A stretch of DNA of 64,000 nt, from the NCBI RefSeq assembly GCF_028464065.1, contig NZ_CP116808.1, forward strand, positions 1,135,886-1,199,885, given 5' to 3'. The position numbers and the translations under genes are program-made. Origin of the DNA: Saprospira sp. CCB-QB6. GTDB taxonomy: Bacteria; Bacteroidota; Bacteroidia; Chitinophagales; Saprospiraceae. The notes beneath the pieces were generated by a model. It did not search any database, was not told the origin of the DNA, and saw only the letters and a program-made list of their open reading frames with translations. How positions within the stretch are numbered: position 1 is the stretch's first letter; every line of letters begins with the position of its first letter. Positions 27,752 through 38,700 of the stretch are shown here, in pieces.

Positions 27752-29653
27752 ATGTTCCATCGCACAATTTTATGCTTTTTAATTAGCTGTCTAGGCAGCC
27801 ACTTCCTTATCGCCCAAGGCGTACAATTACTCCCCTTAGAACAAAATCCCGCACTACAAGAACGGGCCCAACTAAAAAATAATCAGGTTTGCCCCAACCT
27901 TCAACTTAACCTCCCTTTCTTTGAAGATTTTGCCAATAATCCCAATGGCATTTATCCCGATTGTAGCCGCTGGCAAGACAATCAAGCCTATATCAATGAT
28001 CAATTTGGCTATTTGCCCCCTAGTTTGGGCGTTGCCACGCTAGACGGTTTGGACCAAAATGGCCTCCCTTATAATGCTAGCGCTAGTGTCTCTGTCCCTG
28101 AAGCAGCAGATACCCTTACGTCTCAAGCTATAGATTTAAGCAACCGCAACCTAGCCGACCAAATTGTATTTAGCTATTTCTACCAGCCCCAAGGTTGGGG
28201 CGATCGGCCCGAAGAGGGGGATTCTCTCCTTTTAGAGTTTTTGGACCAAAATGGCGACTGGCAGGCAGTACGTGCGCATGCTGGAGTTCCTAGTTCTGTT
28301 TCTACGACTTCCCTCATTGAGTTTGAAGAAGAACTTGTAGTTGTTGATACGGCCTTTTTTCACGCCAATTTTCAATTTAGATTTAGAAACTTGGCCACTA
28401 TTACAGGCAGTAACGATCATTGGAATATTGACTACATTTATTTGGATGAAAACCGAGATACCAGCCAAGCTAGCAATTATGCTGACGTAAGCTTTCGCAT
28501 GCGACCTAAATCTCCTTTGGCCCCTTATACCGCTGTTCCTTGGCGCCATTTTGACAATACGCTTTGGTCCGACTCTGTAGTTATGCAATGCTTTAACCAT
28601 AATGCTAACTCTGGAACCTTAGACCGCCGATATCAAGTATATGATAGCGCACAAGCGAGCTTTTTCTTACTCAATAGCCAAGTGCCCGCTACTACTTATG
28701 CAGCAAGTCCCAATATTGACGATGATTATCGAGACCTAAGCATAAATGCCTTTTCTCCCTTTTTAGCTAGCCAAACAACACAACTCATCAGCCGCTATAT
28801 TATTGAAAATCCCAGCGATTTTCAATCTGCCCCCCGCTATCAAGCCAATGATACGGCCTACCTAAAAACAGAGCTCTCCAATTATTTTGCTTATGATGAT
28901 GCCTCTGCAGAAATGCGTATTATTGTACAGGGAATTGGAACTCAACTCGCCGTAGAATTTCAGGCCCAAATAGATGATACCCTTAGAGGTATTTATTTTC
29001 ATCTGCCTTATTTTAGTAATCGCGATGCAGAACTTGACTTCATCAACGTCAAAGTTTGGGAAGATTCTGCAGGAGTGCCCGGCCAAGAGCTTTTCTCTAA
29101 AGATATTTATAAACTGCGCTATGTAGCTGGCTTTAATGGCTTTCATTATATGCCACTTAGCGATTTCACAGACAGTCTGACGCCGATTGCCCTAGCTGCG
29201 GGCAGCCGCTTTCACATTGGTTGGCAACAAGCCTCTAGCACAGCCGTTCCTGTAGGTTTTGACCGTAATAACACCGATGCAGAAGCCTTTACCCGTGTAA
29301 AAATTGGGGGAAATGCCTGGCAGGATTTAGCCTTGGGCGGTGCTGTAATGATTCGGCCAGTGCTTAGTCCATCGGCTAATCCCGTAATTGTTTCTAGTAC
29401 AAAGCCCTTGGTCCAAAAAACAGGAATTGATTGGACCGTTTACCCCAACCCAATCCAAAGTACTTTAACTATTCAGGGCTTGGAGGAGCATCCCAAAGCC
29501 CAACTTCAACTCTATAACAGTTTGGGCCAATTGATGGCCCATAGCCCCGCCCAAACTACTTGGAACTTGCCCGAATTACCCAGCGGAATCTATTATCTAT
29601 CGGTTTGGGAAAATGGCCAATGCCTAGGCAGCAAAAAATTGTTAAAACCCTAA
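27752..29653 (+). CDS. Hypothetical secreted protein with T9SS C-terminal sorting domain
   Basis: Signal MFHRTILCFLISCLGSHFLIAQG; C-terminal VYPNPIQSTLTI...GIYYLSV tail typical of Por secretion CTD. Confidence 0.75.
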   Translation: MFHRTILCFLISCLGSHFLIAQGVQLLPLEQNPALQERAQLKNNQVCPNLQLNLPFFEDFANNPNGIYPDCSRWQDNQAYINDQFGYLPPSLGVATLDGLDQNGLPYNASASVSVPEAADTLTSQAIDLSNRNLADQIVFSYFYQPQGWGDRPEEGDSLLLEFLDQNGDWQAVRAHAGVPSSVSTTSLIEFEEELVVVDTAFFHANFQFRFRNLATITGSNDHWNIDYIYLDENRDTSQASNYADVSFRMRPKSPLAPYTAVPWRHFDNTLWSDSVVMQCFNHNANSGTLDRRYQVYDSAQASFFLLNSQVPATTYAASPNIDDDYRDLSINAFSPFLASQTTQLISRYIIENPSDFQSAPRYQANDTAYLKTELSNYFAYDDASAEMRIIVQGIGTQLAVEFQAQIDDTLRGIYFHLPYFSNRDAELDFINVKVWEDSAGVPGQELFSKDIYKLRYVAGFNGFHYMPLSDFTDSLTPIALAAGSRFHIGWQQASSTAVPVGFDRNNTDAEAFTRVKIGGNAWQDLALGGAVMIRPVLSPSANPVIVSSTKPLVQKTGIDWTVYPNPIQSTLTIQGLEEHPKAQLQLYNSLGQLMAHSPAQTTWNLPELPSGIYYLSVWENGQCLGSKKLLKP

Positions 29654-29680
29654 GCCTGCTCTTTTGTTTTAGCAAAGAAC

Positions 29681-29822
29681 GGCCATTTGGCCTAGCGATG
29701 TGTAGGGGTGGCCGAAGGCCAGACCAAAGCCGCCAAAGGCGGCTGCAGGGCCGAGCGAATAGCGAGCCCCGCAGCATAGCGGCGGCCGCCCGCCCTTTAA
29801 GGGGCGGCCGCGGGCCCCAAAA
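29681..29822 (-). repeat. GC-rich structured interspersed element, copy 12 (subfamily II)
   Basis: ggccatttGGCCTAGCGATGTGtaggggtggccgaaggccagacc...GGCCGAGCGAATAGCGAGCcccgcagcatagc...gggccccAAAA. Confidence 0.9.
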
Positions 29823-29855
29823 TATCCCAAAAAGAGCTAAATAAAACATCTAAAA

Positions 29856-30572
29856 ATGAAAGTTGATATTCTTGCCATTGGCGCACATCCCGACGATATT
29901 GAAATTTCCTGTTCTGGTACGCTGTTGCACCATATTTCATTGGGGCATAAAGTCGGCCTTTTGGACCTAACCGCTGGAGAATTGGGTAGCCGAGGTAGCG
30001 CCGAAATTCGCTTGCAAGAAGCACATGCAGCCTCTCAACTGATGGGCGCGAGTTTTAGAGCTAACCTAGGCTTGGCCGATGGCTTTTTTGAGCACAATCA
30101 AGCTAGTATCTTGGAAATTGTGCAGATGATTCGACTGGTACAACCCCGAATCGTTTTGGCCAACTCTATCAGTGATCGGCATCCCGATCATGGGCGCGCA
30201 GGTAAACTCATTGCCGATGCCTGTTTTTATGCGGGTTTGCGCCGAATTGAAACCCAATGGGAGGGCCAAGCCCAAGAAGCTTGGCGACCAGAAGTGGTCT
30301 ATCACTATATTCAAGATCATAATCTGGTCCCTGATTTTGTTTTTGATATTAGCCTCTATATGGACAAAAAAATGGAGCTCATTCAAGCCTTTAAGTCGCA
30401 GTTCTACGATCCCAATTCTACCGAGCCTAAAACGCCCATTTCTTCCGCAGAGTTTTTGGAGTTCGTTCGGGCAAAAAATGCTACTTATGGCCGGCCCGCT
30501 GGCTTCCATTATGCAGAAGCCTTTAATGTGAACCGCAGCATTGGAGTAGATAATCTATTTTCGATTAAATAA
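29856..30572 (+). CDS. bshB1: PIG-L/LmbE family deacetylase, bacillithiol biosynthesis BshB1-like
   Basis: ILAIGAHPDDIEISCSGTL N-terminal motif; HPDH motif; about 238 aa. Confidence 0.75.
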   Translation: MKVDILAIGAHPDDIEISCSGTLLHHISLGHKVGLLDLTAGELGSRGSAEIRLQEAHAASQLMGASFRANLGLADGFFEHNQASILEIVQMIRLVQPRIVLANSISDRHPDHGRAGKLIADACFYAGLRRIETQWEGQAQEAWRPEVVYHYIQDHNLVPDFVFDISLYMDKKMELIQAFKSQFYDPNSTEPKTPISSAEFLEFVRAKNATYGRPAGFHYAEAFNVNRSIGVDNLFSIK

Positions 30573-30586
30573 ATTTTAATCTAGCA

Positions 30587-30622
30587 AAAGCCGCCAGCCT
30601 AATCCGCTTGCGGCTTTTTTTT
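30587..30622 (+). terminator. Rho-independent terminator
   Basis: aagccgc-cagcctaatccgctt-gcggctt plus T8. Confidence 0.65.
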
Positions 30623-30682
30623 GCCCTTTTTTATCTGCTTTGGAACTTATCCAGAGGAGGCAGAGTTCTGCTTGCGCTCACA

Positions 30683-30705
30683 CTTAGTTTAAAATCTAAA
30701 CTAAG
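30683..30705. promoter_or_regulatory. Perfect 9-bp inverted repeat (cttagttta-aaatc-taaactaag) 30 bp upstream of MVP start; candidate operator
   Basis: Seen directly; lies in the promoter/5'UTR region of the MVP-like gene. Confidence 0.4.
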
Positions 30706-30734
30706 TCCATATTTAACCTCAAAATCATCCTATT

Positions 30735-33266
30735 ATGGGAGACAGCCGCGAACGTGATTTAGTCCTCGCCCCCAACGAGTACGCCTTTATTTCTGACCAA
30801 ACCAAGGGAAATGTCATTACTTATGTAGGGCCTTATAAAACCAGTATGGCTAATACGGACAAGCCCGTTTTTTTCAATAAAAAGACGAAAGCCTTTGACA
30901 TTTGCGATTTGGATGGCTCTATTCAGACCTTTTGCACGGCCCCAGAAGGCTGGTATATTATCCTGAAAAATCCTGCGATTGATAATAAACCGCCCCAAAT
31001 TGGGACCTCCAACCAGCTTTCTTCTTTGCAGATTGGGCGCAAGGTCAATTTACCTGGTCCCAACTTTTTTGCGCTTTGGCCGGGCCAGATGGCAGAAGTT
31101 TTAGAGGGCCATCATTTGCGCTCCAATGAGTATTTATTGGTCCGTGTGTATGAAGAGGAACAAGCACGAGCCAATTGGGATAATGCCGTAATTACGCCCC
31201 AACATACTCAACCCGAAGGGCTAGAAGACGAGCAGCAACCCAAAGATAGCATTGATGCCAACCGCCTAAGTATGGGCCAATTGCATGTGATAAAAGGAAC
31301 CAATGTTTCCTTTTATATTCCGCCCACAGGGGTTGAAGTGGTTCGAGACAAAAAAGGGAATTATGTCCGCTCTGCAGTGACTTTAGAGCGCCTAGAGTAT
31401 TGCATTTTGCTCGATGAAGATGGCAATAAACGCTATATACAAGGACCCGATGTGGTCTTTCCTCGCCCCACCGAACGCTTTATTGAGAAAAGTGGCAGCC
31501 GAAAATTTAAGGCGATTGAACTAGATGAAAATAGCGGGATTTATGTCAAAATCATTGCCCCCTATACCGAAAATGGCCAAAGCTATAAGGTAGGCGATGA
31601 GCTCTTTATTACGGGCCGAGAACAAATGATTTATTTTCCCCGCCCAGAGCAAGCCCTAATCAAATATGGCGAACAAGAGATCTATCAAGCGGTCGCTATT
31701 CCCCCCGGCGAGGGCCGCTATGTCTTGAATAGAAAGAGCGGAAAAATCAGCCTGCAAAAAGGGCCTGCCATGTTTTTGGCCGACCCCAGAGAGGAAATGA
31801 TTTTGCGCCGCATCCTTAGCCCCAAACAGGTAGAGCTTTGGTTCCCAGGCAATCAAGAAGCCTTGCAATACAACCTCCAACTCCAAGAACTCTCTAAACA
31901 ACAGCAGGTCCGCCTGCGAAAAGCCTCAAAGAAGCGGAATAAACTCAATTTGCCGCCTATGGCCCAACAACAACAGGCCCTTATTGATATGGATTTCTCG
32001 GAGGAGAATGAAGAAGAAGGCGAAAGCGTCTATGAAGGCATCGTCAGCAATTCCTTTTCTCGAAGCCGACAACCCCAAAACAATAATAGTCTGGTCCTCG
32101 ATAGCAAATATGAAGGTGCAGTTACCATCGATGCCTGGACCGGCTATGCTGTTTTGGTCACTAGCAAATTAGGCGACCGCAAAGTGGTGGTGGGCCCAAG
32201 CACTTACCTGCTCGATTATGACGAGGTTCTACAAGGCATTGAGCTCTCTACAGGCACCCCAAAATCTGATAATCAACTGATGCGCACCGTCTATCTCCGC
32301 ATCCTCAATAATAAGGTTTCTGATTTGGTGAGAGTGGAAACTGCCGACTTCTGCGAGCTGGATATCCACCTTTCTTATCGGGTCAATTTTACTGGCGATC
32401 CCGAAAAATGGTTTAATGTAGAGAATTATGTCAAGTTCCTGACCGACCACCTCCGCTCAGTCCTCCGCAATGCCATTAAGCAATATAAATTGGCCGATTT
32501 TTATGCCGAGGGAATTGCCGAATTGCGCAATATCGTCCTCGGTCCCCGAGCCGAAGGCGAGGAACATGACAGCCGCCGCCCTGGCCGACTATTTACCGAA
32601 AATGGTATGCATATCTATGAATTGGAGGTCCTTGATATAGAGATTCTAGACGAGGAAATCCAAGAGTTGCTCTTTGCCAGTAAACACCAAGATATTCGCA
32701 GCCAACTAGAGCTAGACAATAAGCGAAAAGAACTACTCTATAGCCAAGAGACGGAAGAAATGGCCCAGAAAATCGCCGCTAGCCGCTCCAAAACCAAACA
32801 GTTCGCCCTAGAACTCCAAGAAGCCGAAGAAAAACAGGCCCAAATGCTCAAACTGGCTAGCCAAGCCGCCCGCATTGACCTAGAACGCCTAGAACTCACG
32901 GCCCAAATGGAAATGCAAGAAAAAGCCCTAGCCGTTGCTCGCCTACAACGCCAAGATGAGGAAGAAGCTGGCCTACTCCAACTCGAGCTCAAAAAAGGTG
33001 CCCTCGAACAACGCCTCAAAGAATTGGAGGGAGAAGTACTGGCTGTGGTCCAAAAAGCAGAAGCTGTCAGCCCCGATCTGATTGCTGCCCTACAAGCTTT
33101 TGGCGACAAAGCCCTGGCCGAAAAAATGGCCGAAAGCATGGCTCCACTCTCTATTATCGGCGGCAAAAGTATTGTCGAGGTCTTTGGCAATCTGCTGGCC
33201 GGCAGTCCCCTCTCCTATCTACTAGATAAAAAAGGAGAAACTAAAGATCCTGGTTTAGAAGAGTAA
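30735..33266 (+). CDS. Major vault protein (MVP) homolog
   Basis: N-terminal MVP-type repeats (LVLAPNEYAFISDQTKGNVITYVGP); LDENSGIYVKI matches the MVP LDENEGIYVQD segment; ETAD shoulder motif; long C-terminal coiled-coil cap-helix region; 843 aa. Confidence 0.85.
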   Translation: MGDSRERDLVLAPNEYAFISDQTKGNVITYVGPYKTSMANTDKPVFFNKKTKAFDICDLDGSIQTFCTAPEGWYIILKNPAIDNKPPQIGTSNQLSSLQIGRKVNLPGPNFFALWPGQMAEVLEGHHLRSNEYLLVRVYEEEQARANWDNAVITPQHTQPEGLEDEQQPKDSIDANRLSMGQLHVIKGTNVSFYIPPTGVEVVRDKKGNYVRSAVTLERLEYCILLDEDGNKRYIQGPDVVFPRPTERFIEKSGSRKFKAIELDENSGIYVKIIAPYTENGQSYKVGDELFITGREQMIYFPRPEQALIKYGEQEIYQAVAIPPGEGRYVLNRKSGKISLQKGPAMFLADPREEMILRRILSPKQVELWFPGNQEALQYNLQLQELSKQQQVRLRKASKKRNKLNLPPMAQQQQALIDMDFSEENEEEGESVYEGIVSNSFSRSRQPQNNNSLVLDSKYEGAVTIDAWTGYAVLVTSKLGDRKVVVGPSTYLLDYDEVLQGIELSTGTPKSDNQLMRTVYLRILNNKVSDLVRVETADFCELDIHLSYRVNFTGDPEKWFNVENYVKFLTDHLRSVLRNAIKQYKLADFYAEGIAELRNIVLGPRAEGEEHDSRRPGRLFTENGMHIYELEVLDIEILDEEIQELLFASKHQDIRSQLELDNKRKELLYSQETEEMAQKIAASRSKTKQFALELQEAEEKQAQMLKLASQAARIDLERLELTAQMEMQEKALAVARLQRQDEEEAGLLQLELKKGALEQRLKELEGEVLAVVQKAEAVSPDLIAALQAFGDKALAEKMAESMAPLSIIGGKSIVEVFGNLLAGSPLSYLLDKKGETKDPGLEE

Positions 33267-33415
33267 TTTTTGGGGCCTCCCGCCTTCGGGGCGCTATGCT
33301 GCGGGGCTCGCTATTCGCTCGGCCCTGCAGCCGCCTTTGGCGGCTTTGGTCTGGCCTTCGGCCACCCCTTCACATCGCTAGGCCAGTTCTGCGGCCCAAA
33401 GCCGCAGTTGGGCCG
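33267..33415 (+). repeat. GC-rich structured interspersed element, copy 13 (subfamily II, extra 3' hairpin)
   Basis: TTTTTGGGGCCTCCcgccttcggggcgCTATGCTGCGGGGCTCGCTATTCGCTCGGCC...CCCCTTCACATCGCTAGGCCagttctgcggcccaaagccgcag. Confidence 0.9.
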
Positions 33416-33457
33416 ATCCCCCTAAGCAAAACCCTTTTATTGGCCCTATAATAAGCA

Positions 33458-33496
33458 AAGCGCCCCGCTGCCAATGGCAGCGGGGCGCTCTTTTTG
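33458..33496. terminator. Bidirectional Rho-independent terminator between MVP gene (+) and S9 peptidase (-)
   Basis: Perfect 13-bp stem gcgccccgctgcc-aat-ggcagcggggcgc with a T-run on the + side and a T-rich stretch on the - side. Confidence 0.7.
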
Positions 33497-33512
33497 GCCC
33501 AAATGAAAGGGC

Positions 33513-35450
33513 TTAGTCTTTGGCTTGTAGGTGCTTGGCCAAAAAGCTCTGCATTCGGCCATAAAACTCAAAGCGGTTTTCTTCATTTCTGAAGCCATGC
33601 CCCTCATTTTCTTTAAGAATGTACTCTACTTCTACCGAACGAGCCTGCAAAGCCGCTACCATCTGGTCCGATTCGGCCTGATTGACCCGTGGATCTTTGG
33701 CTCCCTGCGCAATCAATAAAGGTACCTTAATTTTATCGACATGGAAAACGGGAGAGGTCGCCCGCATCCGAATACTATCCACCTCATTGCTAGGGTCGCC
33801 CACCATTTCATGTAGCATTTTGCGGTAGGGCTCCCAATAAGGGGGAATGGTTTCCATAAAAGTAAAGAGATTGGATACCCCCACATAATCAATGGCGCAA
33901 GCATATTTGTCTGGACTAAAAGTGACTCCAGCCAAACTACAATAGCCCCCATAGCTTCCACCATAAATGGCCACTCGTTCAGGGTCAGCTATGCCTTCCC
34001 GAATCAACCAATCTACTCCATCACTTACATCGTCTTGCATTTTGAGGCCCCACTCCTTAAAGGAGGCTTCCCAAAATTTGCGGCCATAGCCCGTACTTCC
34101 TCTAAAGTTGACTTGCAAAACCGCATAACCTCTATTGGCCAAAAACTGTACTTCTGGGTTAAAGGTCCAGACATCTCTGGCCCAAGGGCCTCCATGTGGA
34201 TTAACCACCACAGGTAAGTTTTTGGCCTCCTTGCCCTTAGGTAAAGTAAGATAACCATGAATTTGCCAGCCATCTCGGCTACGGTAACTGATCGGCTGCA
34301 TTTCTGCCAATTGCTCGGCGGGGAGCCAGGGACTAACCTCTGCTATTTTGCGCAGCTCTTTTTGGTCCAAATCATAGAAGTAATAAGCCCCCAAAGAACG
34401 ATCACTATAAGTGCGAACGATAAACTTGTTTTCTTCTTCATTGGTACTGCTCAAGACAATCTCCAAATTGGGCAAAAGACTTTCTAAATGCTTATAAATG
34501 GCTGCAACCTGAGGGTCTAGAAAATGATATTCCCTTTTCCAACTAATGTAAGAAATGGTACTAAGCGCCTTGCGCTTACGGGAGTAGGACATATAAGAGA
34601 CATTGACCTCTGGATGCTCAAAAATGAGTTGAGTTTCCTTAGCCGTATTGAGGTCAAACTTAACCACAGCCATTTTGTCTCGGCCCAAATCAGAAAGGGC
34701 GTAAATCTCTTCCTTATCATCAAAGTCAAAGTAGAGCGGGTAAAGCGTCTCCTTAAAAGAAGTATTGAGGACCAAACGGAAGCTATCTTTTTCCTCTTTA
34801 CGATACAAGAGGCTACTATTTACGCCATCGGTAGCAATGGCTAGGCGGAGCCGCCCTTGATGGTCCGTTTTCCAACTCGTAATATTTCCTGGGTTTTCGG
34901 CCAAGAGTTCTAGTGCAGCAGTTTGGATATTGAGGCGATAGGGATCAAATACTTGGGGGTTGCGCTTATTCATCCCAATAATGAGATGTTGTTCATCGCT
35001 GCGGAGGTCGTCAATAATTTCTACCCGAACATTTTCGTAGGGAGTGAGGTCAACTTCCTTTTGGCCCGCTCGATCTATAGAAAAGAGATGAAAGTTTTCA
35101 TCTCCGCCTTGATCGCGCACATAAACCAAACGTTCATCATTGGCCCAAAAGAAACCAGAGAGATCCCGATCAGTAACATTGGTTAGGCGTCTAGGGGCTT
35201 GCTTTTGTTCAACATCTTGAACAAAGATATTTTTGCGCTTTTGGTAAGGCGCCAAATAGGCCATCCATTTTCCGTTAGGCGATAATTTATAGGCATTACT
35301 AGCCGGGTTGCGGAAAAAGTCTTCTAGGGGAATGAGGTTCTCTTTTGTTTGCATATCAACTTCCGTTTCGGGTGCTGGATTTTTAAATAGACAACTACTA
35401 CTAATGAGCAACATTAGCAGGCTAAGTATTTTTAGGAAATAGCTATTCAT
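33513..35450 (-). CDS. S9 family serine peptidase (prolyl oligopeptidase/dipeptidyl aminopeptidase-like), secreted
   Basis: Signal peptide; beta-propeller N-terminal region; catalytic GGSYGGY, AQGAKDPRV (Asp), GHGF (His). Confidence 0.85.
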   Translation of the reverse strand: MNSYFLKILSLLMLLISSSCLFKNPAPETEVDMQTKENLIPLEDFFRNPASNAYKLSPNGKWMAYLAPYQKRKNIFVQDVEQKQAPRRLTNVTDRDLSGFFWANDERLVYVRDQGGDENFHLFSIDRAGQKEVDLTPYENVRVEIIDDLRSDEQHLIIGMNKRNPQVFDPYRLNIQTAALELLAENPGNITSWKTDHQGRLRLAIATDGVNSSLLYRKEEKDSFRLVLNTSFKETLYPLYFDFDDKEEIYALSDLGRDKMAVVKFDLNTAKETQLIFEHPEVNVSYMSYSRKRKALSTISYISWKREYHFLDPQVAAIYKHLESLLPNLEIVLSSTNEEENKFIVRTYSDRSLGAYYFYDLDQKELRKIAEVSPWLPAEQLAEMQPISYRSRDGWQIHGYLTLPKGKEAKNLPVVVNPHGGPWARDVWTFNPEVQFLANRGYAVLQVNFRGSTGYGRKFWEASFKEWGLKMQDDVSDGVDWLIREGIADPERVAIYGGSYGGYCSLAGVTFSPDKYACAIDYVGVSNLFTFMETIPPYWEPYRKMLHEMVGDPSNEVDSIRMRATSPVFHVDKIKVPLLIAQGAKDPRVNQAESDQMVAALQARSVEVEYILKENEGHGFRNEENRFEFYGRMQSFLAKHLQAKD

Positions 35451-35574
35451 TAATCTTCATTGAGTGAACCAGTTAGTTTTGCTAGGCTTAGCTATTCTAA
35501 TGTAGACTTTAGTATTGGTATATTGCAGTTCTTTAGACTAAAAAAAGATTTCTCTAGACTTAGGCCGCTCCTTT

Positions 35575-35726
35575 TCTGCAGTGTACAGGCCCCGAAGGGG
35601 CCGCAGGCTGACTGGCTTGTAGGGGTGGCCCGAAGGGCCAGACCAAGGGGCGGGACGCCCCGCAGGGCCGAGCAGACTTGCGAGCCCCGAAAAGGCAGGA
35701 CCCGAAGCGCAGCGGAGGGGCAGCCC
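35575..35726 (-). repeat. GC-rich structured interspersed element, copy 14 (degenerate; in divergent promoter region)
   Basis: ...ggccagacc...GGCCGAGCAGACTTGCGAGCcccgaaaaggc...gaggggcagcccc; lacks the terminal AAAA. Confidence 0.75.
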
Positions 35727-35765
35727 CTACATATTAGAGCGGACCTTTTCATAACAACAACTATC

Positions 35766-38700
35766 ATGATGCGCTATTTACTATTGTTGCTTTTACTTTG
35801 GAGTAGTAGGGGGCTTTGGGCCCAGGAAGAAATTGAATTGGTGGTCAGTCAAGGCCACCACAGTCTGGTCCGCTGCCTTGCCTTTTCGCCTGATGGGCGT
35901 TTTTTGGCTACAGCTGGAGATGATCGTAGTCTACGAATTTGGTCCATGCGACTACAACAAGAGTACAAGGTCCTTTGGGGGCATAAAACGGCCATTATGG
36001 ATGTTGGTTTTTCTATAGATGGGCAATTTTTGGTTTCTGTGGGCAGTCGTTTCCTCTGCATTTGGTCTGTCCCTGAAGGGAAATTGTTGCATCAAATTGG
36101 TGTAGATGCAGCTGCTAAACGCTTGCAATTTTCGGCGGCCAAGACAGGATCTGTCATGGTAGAATTACCTGATGGCCCAGCCTGGATCGAACTCGAAAGC
36201 GGGCAGATTGATCTCGCTTCCCTAAAGTTTATGCACAACTGGAGCAACTGGATATTGGGACAAAAAAGCGCCCGTATTATTTTACCTGAACAGCTAGATA
36301 GCATTTGGTCCTATGATTGGACGGGCCAAAGAAAGCAGGCCTTTGTGGGAAAAGGAAGCTATTATAAGATGGTCCTCTCGCCCAATGAACACTATATTGC
36401 TGCCTATTCTGCCAGTAATTCATCGCTTGATTTATGGGACTACCCAACTGGTAAATTGCTGGGCAGTGTAAAGAATCAGCCCATGATTCAAAGCCTCTGC
36501 TTTGATGTTAATGGAAAACAACTTTGGGTCATGGATATGCATGCCGAATGCAAGGTTTATAGCTGCCCCAGCTTAGAAGAAGAAATGACGGTCAATAAAA
36601 AGAGTTGGGACCCTCAAACGATGAGCAAGGCCAACTTTATCCAAATTAACATAGGCCATCAGATTCGCCCTAGCCCTAATGGCCAATTTATGGGCCTAGC
36701 CCTTACCCGAACAGAGGTCAATCGAAAGACCAATAAGATGAATGATCTTCGTGGAGTACAGCTGATTGATGCCCAAACAGGCCAAGAACGTGGCCTGTTT
36801 AAAGGACATTTTAAGTGGATTACACAACTGGGACTTTCTCCTAAGGGCAAAAAATTGCTTTCTATCAATCTGGGCAAAACTAGAGGGCTACGCTCTTGGG
36901 CCCTCAACAAAGGAGAAATCGAGCGCTATATCCATAGCTCCCAAAGCTTTAGTCAAAGTCAAGATAAAGAGCATTTGGCCCTGCTAGAATATCCCGAAAA
37001 AGCCAATCCTGAACTCACAGTTTACCAACTGCCCAACTTTAGAAAAGTGGCCCAAAAGGAGCTGGATAATTGCAGTGCCTTTGCCCTTAGTGGCGATGGC
37101 AAAAAAATCGCCGCTCTTAGGGTAGACCCCAACCTCAAAAATCCGCTCAACAACCGCTTTTATTACTCGATTTGGAGCCTACCTAAGTATAAATTGGAGC
37201 AAGAAATCGAGATCAGTAGTAAGGAGTCCGCTATCCCCATGTTTGAAAGTATGCTACTCGATTCTGCAGGCGATTACCTCATTGCTGCCGCCCAAAATCA
37301 AGCCTATAGCATCGAGCTGAAAAGCCAAAAACGCATTCCCTTTGTTCTCCCTGAAGAGACAACTTATTGGGAAATGCTTTGCCTACACCCCCATTTACCT
37401 CAAGTCCTTTTTGCCATTTCTGATGTCAAATATAATAGCCAAACAAAACAGCCTGAGGTCCTCTGCCACATACTTGTCTATAATTACAAAACAGGAGAAC
37501 TCTTGGCCGATATCCCCACCAAAGAGGAAGGCATCTTTAAAACGGCCGACTTTAGCCCCGATGGTAAATATCTACTCACTGGACAAACCGCCTATCAATC
37601 TGTAATCAATTTTGATGTGCTGCTCTGGGATTGGTCCAGCAAACAACTCCTCTGCCGATTCCCTGGCCACAATGGCGGTATTCATGATGTAGCCTTTGAC
37701 CCTCTAGGCAAAAAGGCCTATAGCTGCTCCGAAGATGGACTTATTAAGGCTTGGGATATTGAAAAATGCGCTCTAGCCGCCTCTTTTATTGGCTACAATG
37801 AGCTCGATTATCTAATCATCTCTCCCGAAAATTATTATAAAACTAGCCAAAGTAATACCGCTGGTCTCGGCTTTAGATATGATGGAGACCTCTACACCTA
37901 TGACCAATTTGATCTGCGCTTTAACCGCCCAGATAAGGTCCTTGCCGCCTTTACCGATGCCCAACGCAAACTCAATATCTATAATAAGGCCTGGAAGAAA
38001 CGAGTCCGCCGCCTTGGCTTTACAGAAGAACAACTGGAACAAGAGCTAGACCTCCCCCAACTCCAAATTGTCGATCAACTAAAGCTGCCTATTTATATTG
38101 AAGATAGCCTCATCCAACTACAAATTACAGCCTTCGATGCCCAACACCCCCTAAAAAAACTCCGCATCTTTGTCAATGGCGTGCCCTACCCCAATGCCGA
38201 AGGCCTAAAACTGAAGACGGCCGCAGGCGATAGCCTCCAACAACAGCTAAGCATTCCACTAGGTCAAGGCCCCAATAAAATCCAGATTTCGGTCCTCAAT
38301 GCCGCGGGGCTAGAAAGTGCCCGACAAAGCTTCCAACTCGCCTATCAACCCAAGGTCAAACAAACTAGCCAACTCTATTTTCTAGGCCTAGGGGTTAGCC
38401 AGTTTAAAGATAGTAGCCGCAATCTTCAATATCCCCAAAAGGATGCACAGGACCTAGCCCAAGCCTTGGCCAAATCGCGTACCCCAAACAACTTCCACCA
38501 ACTTTTACTCGACCCCAATACGGATATGGCCGACCTCCTAAAAACCGCCAAGACCTTTCTGCAAAAGGCCAAGATCAATGACCAAATTGTCTTTTATATC
38601 TCCTCTCATGGCCTGCTAGACGATAGCCTAAACTATTACCTAGCCCTGCCCCAAAGCCAATTTGACCAACCCCAAAACGGTAGCTGGGCCTATGAAGATG

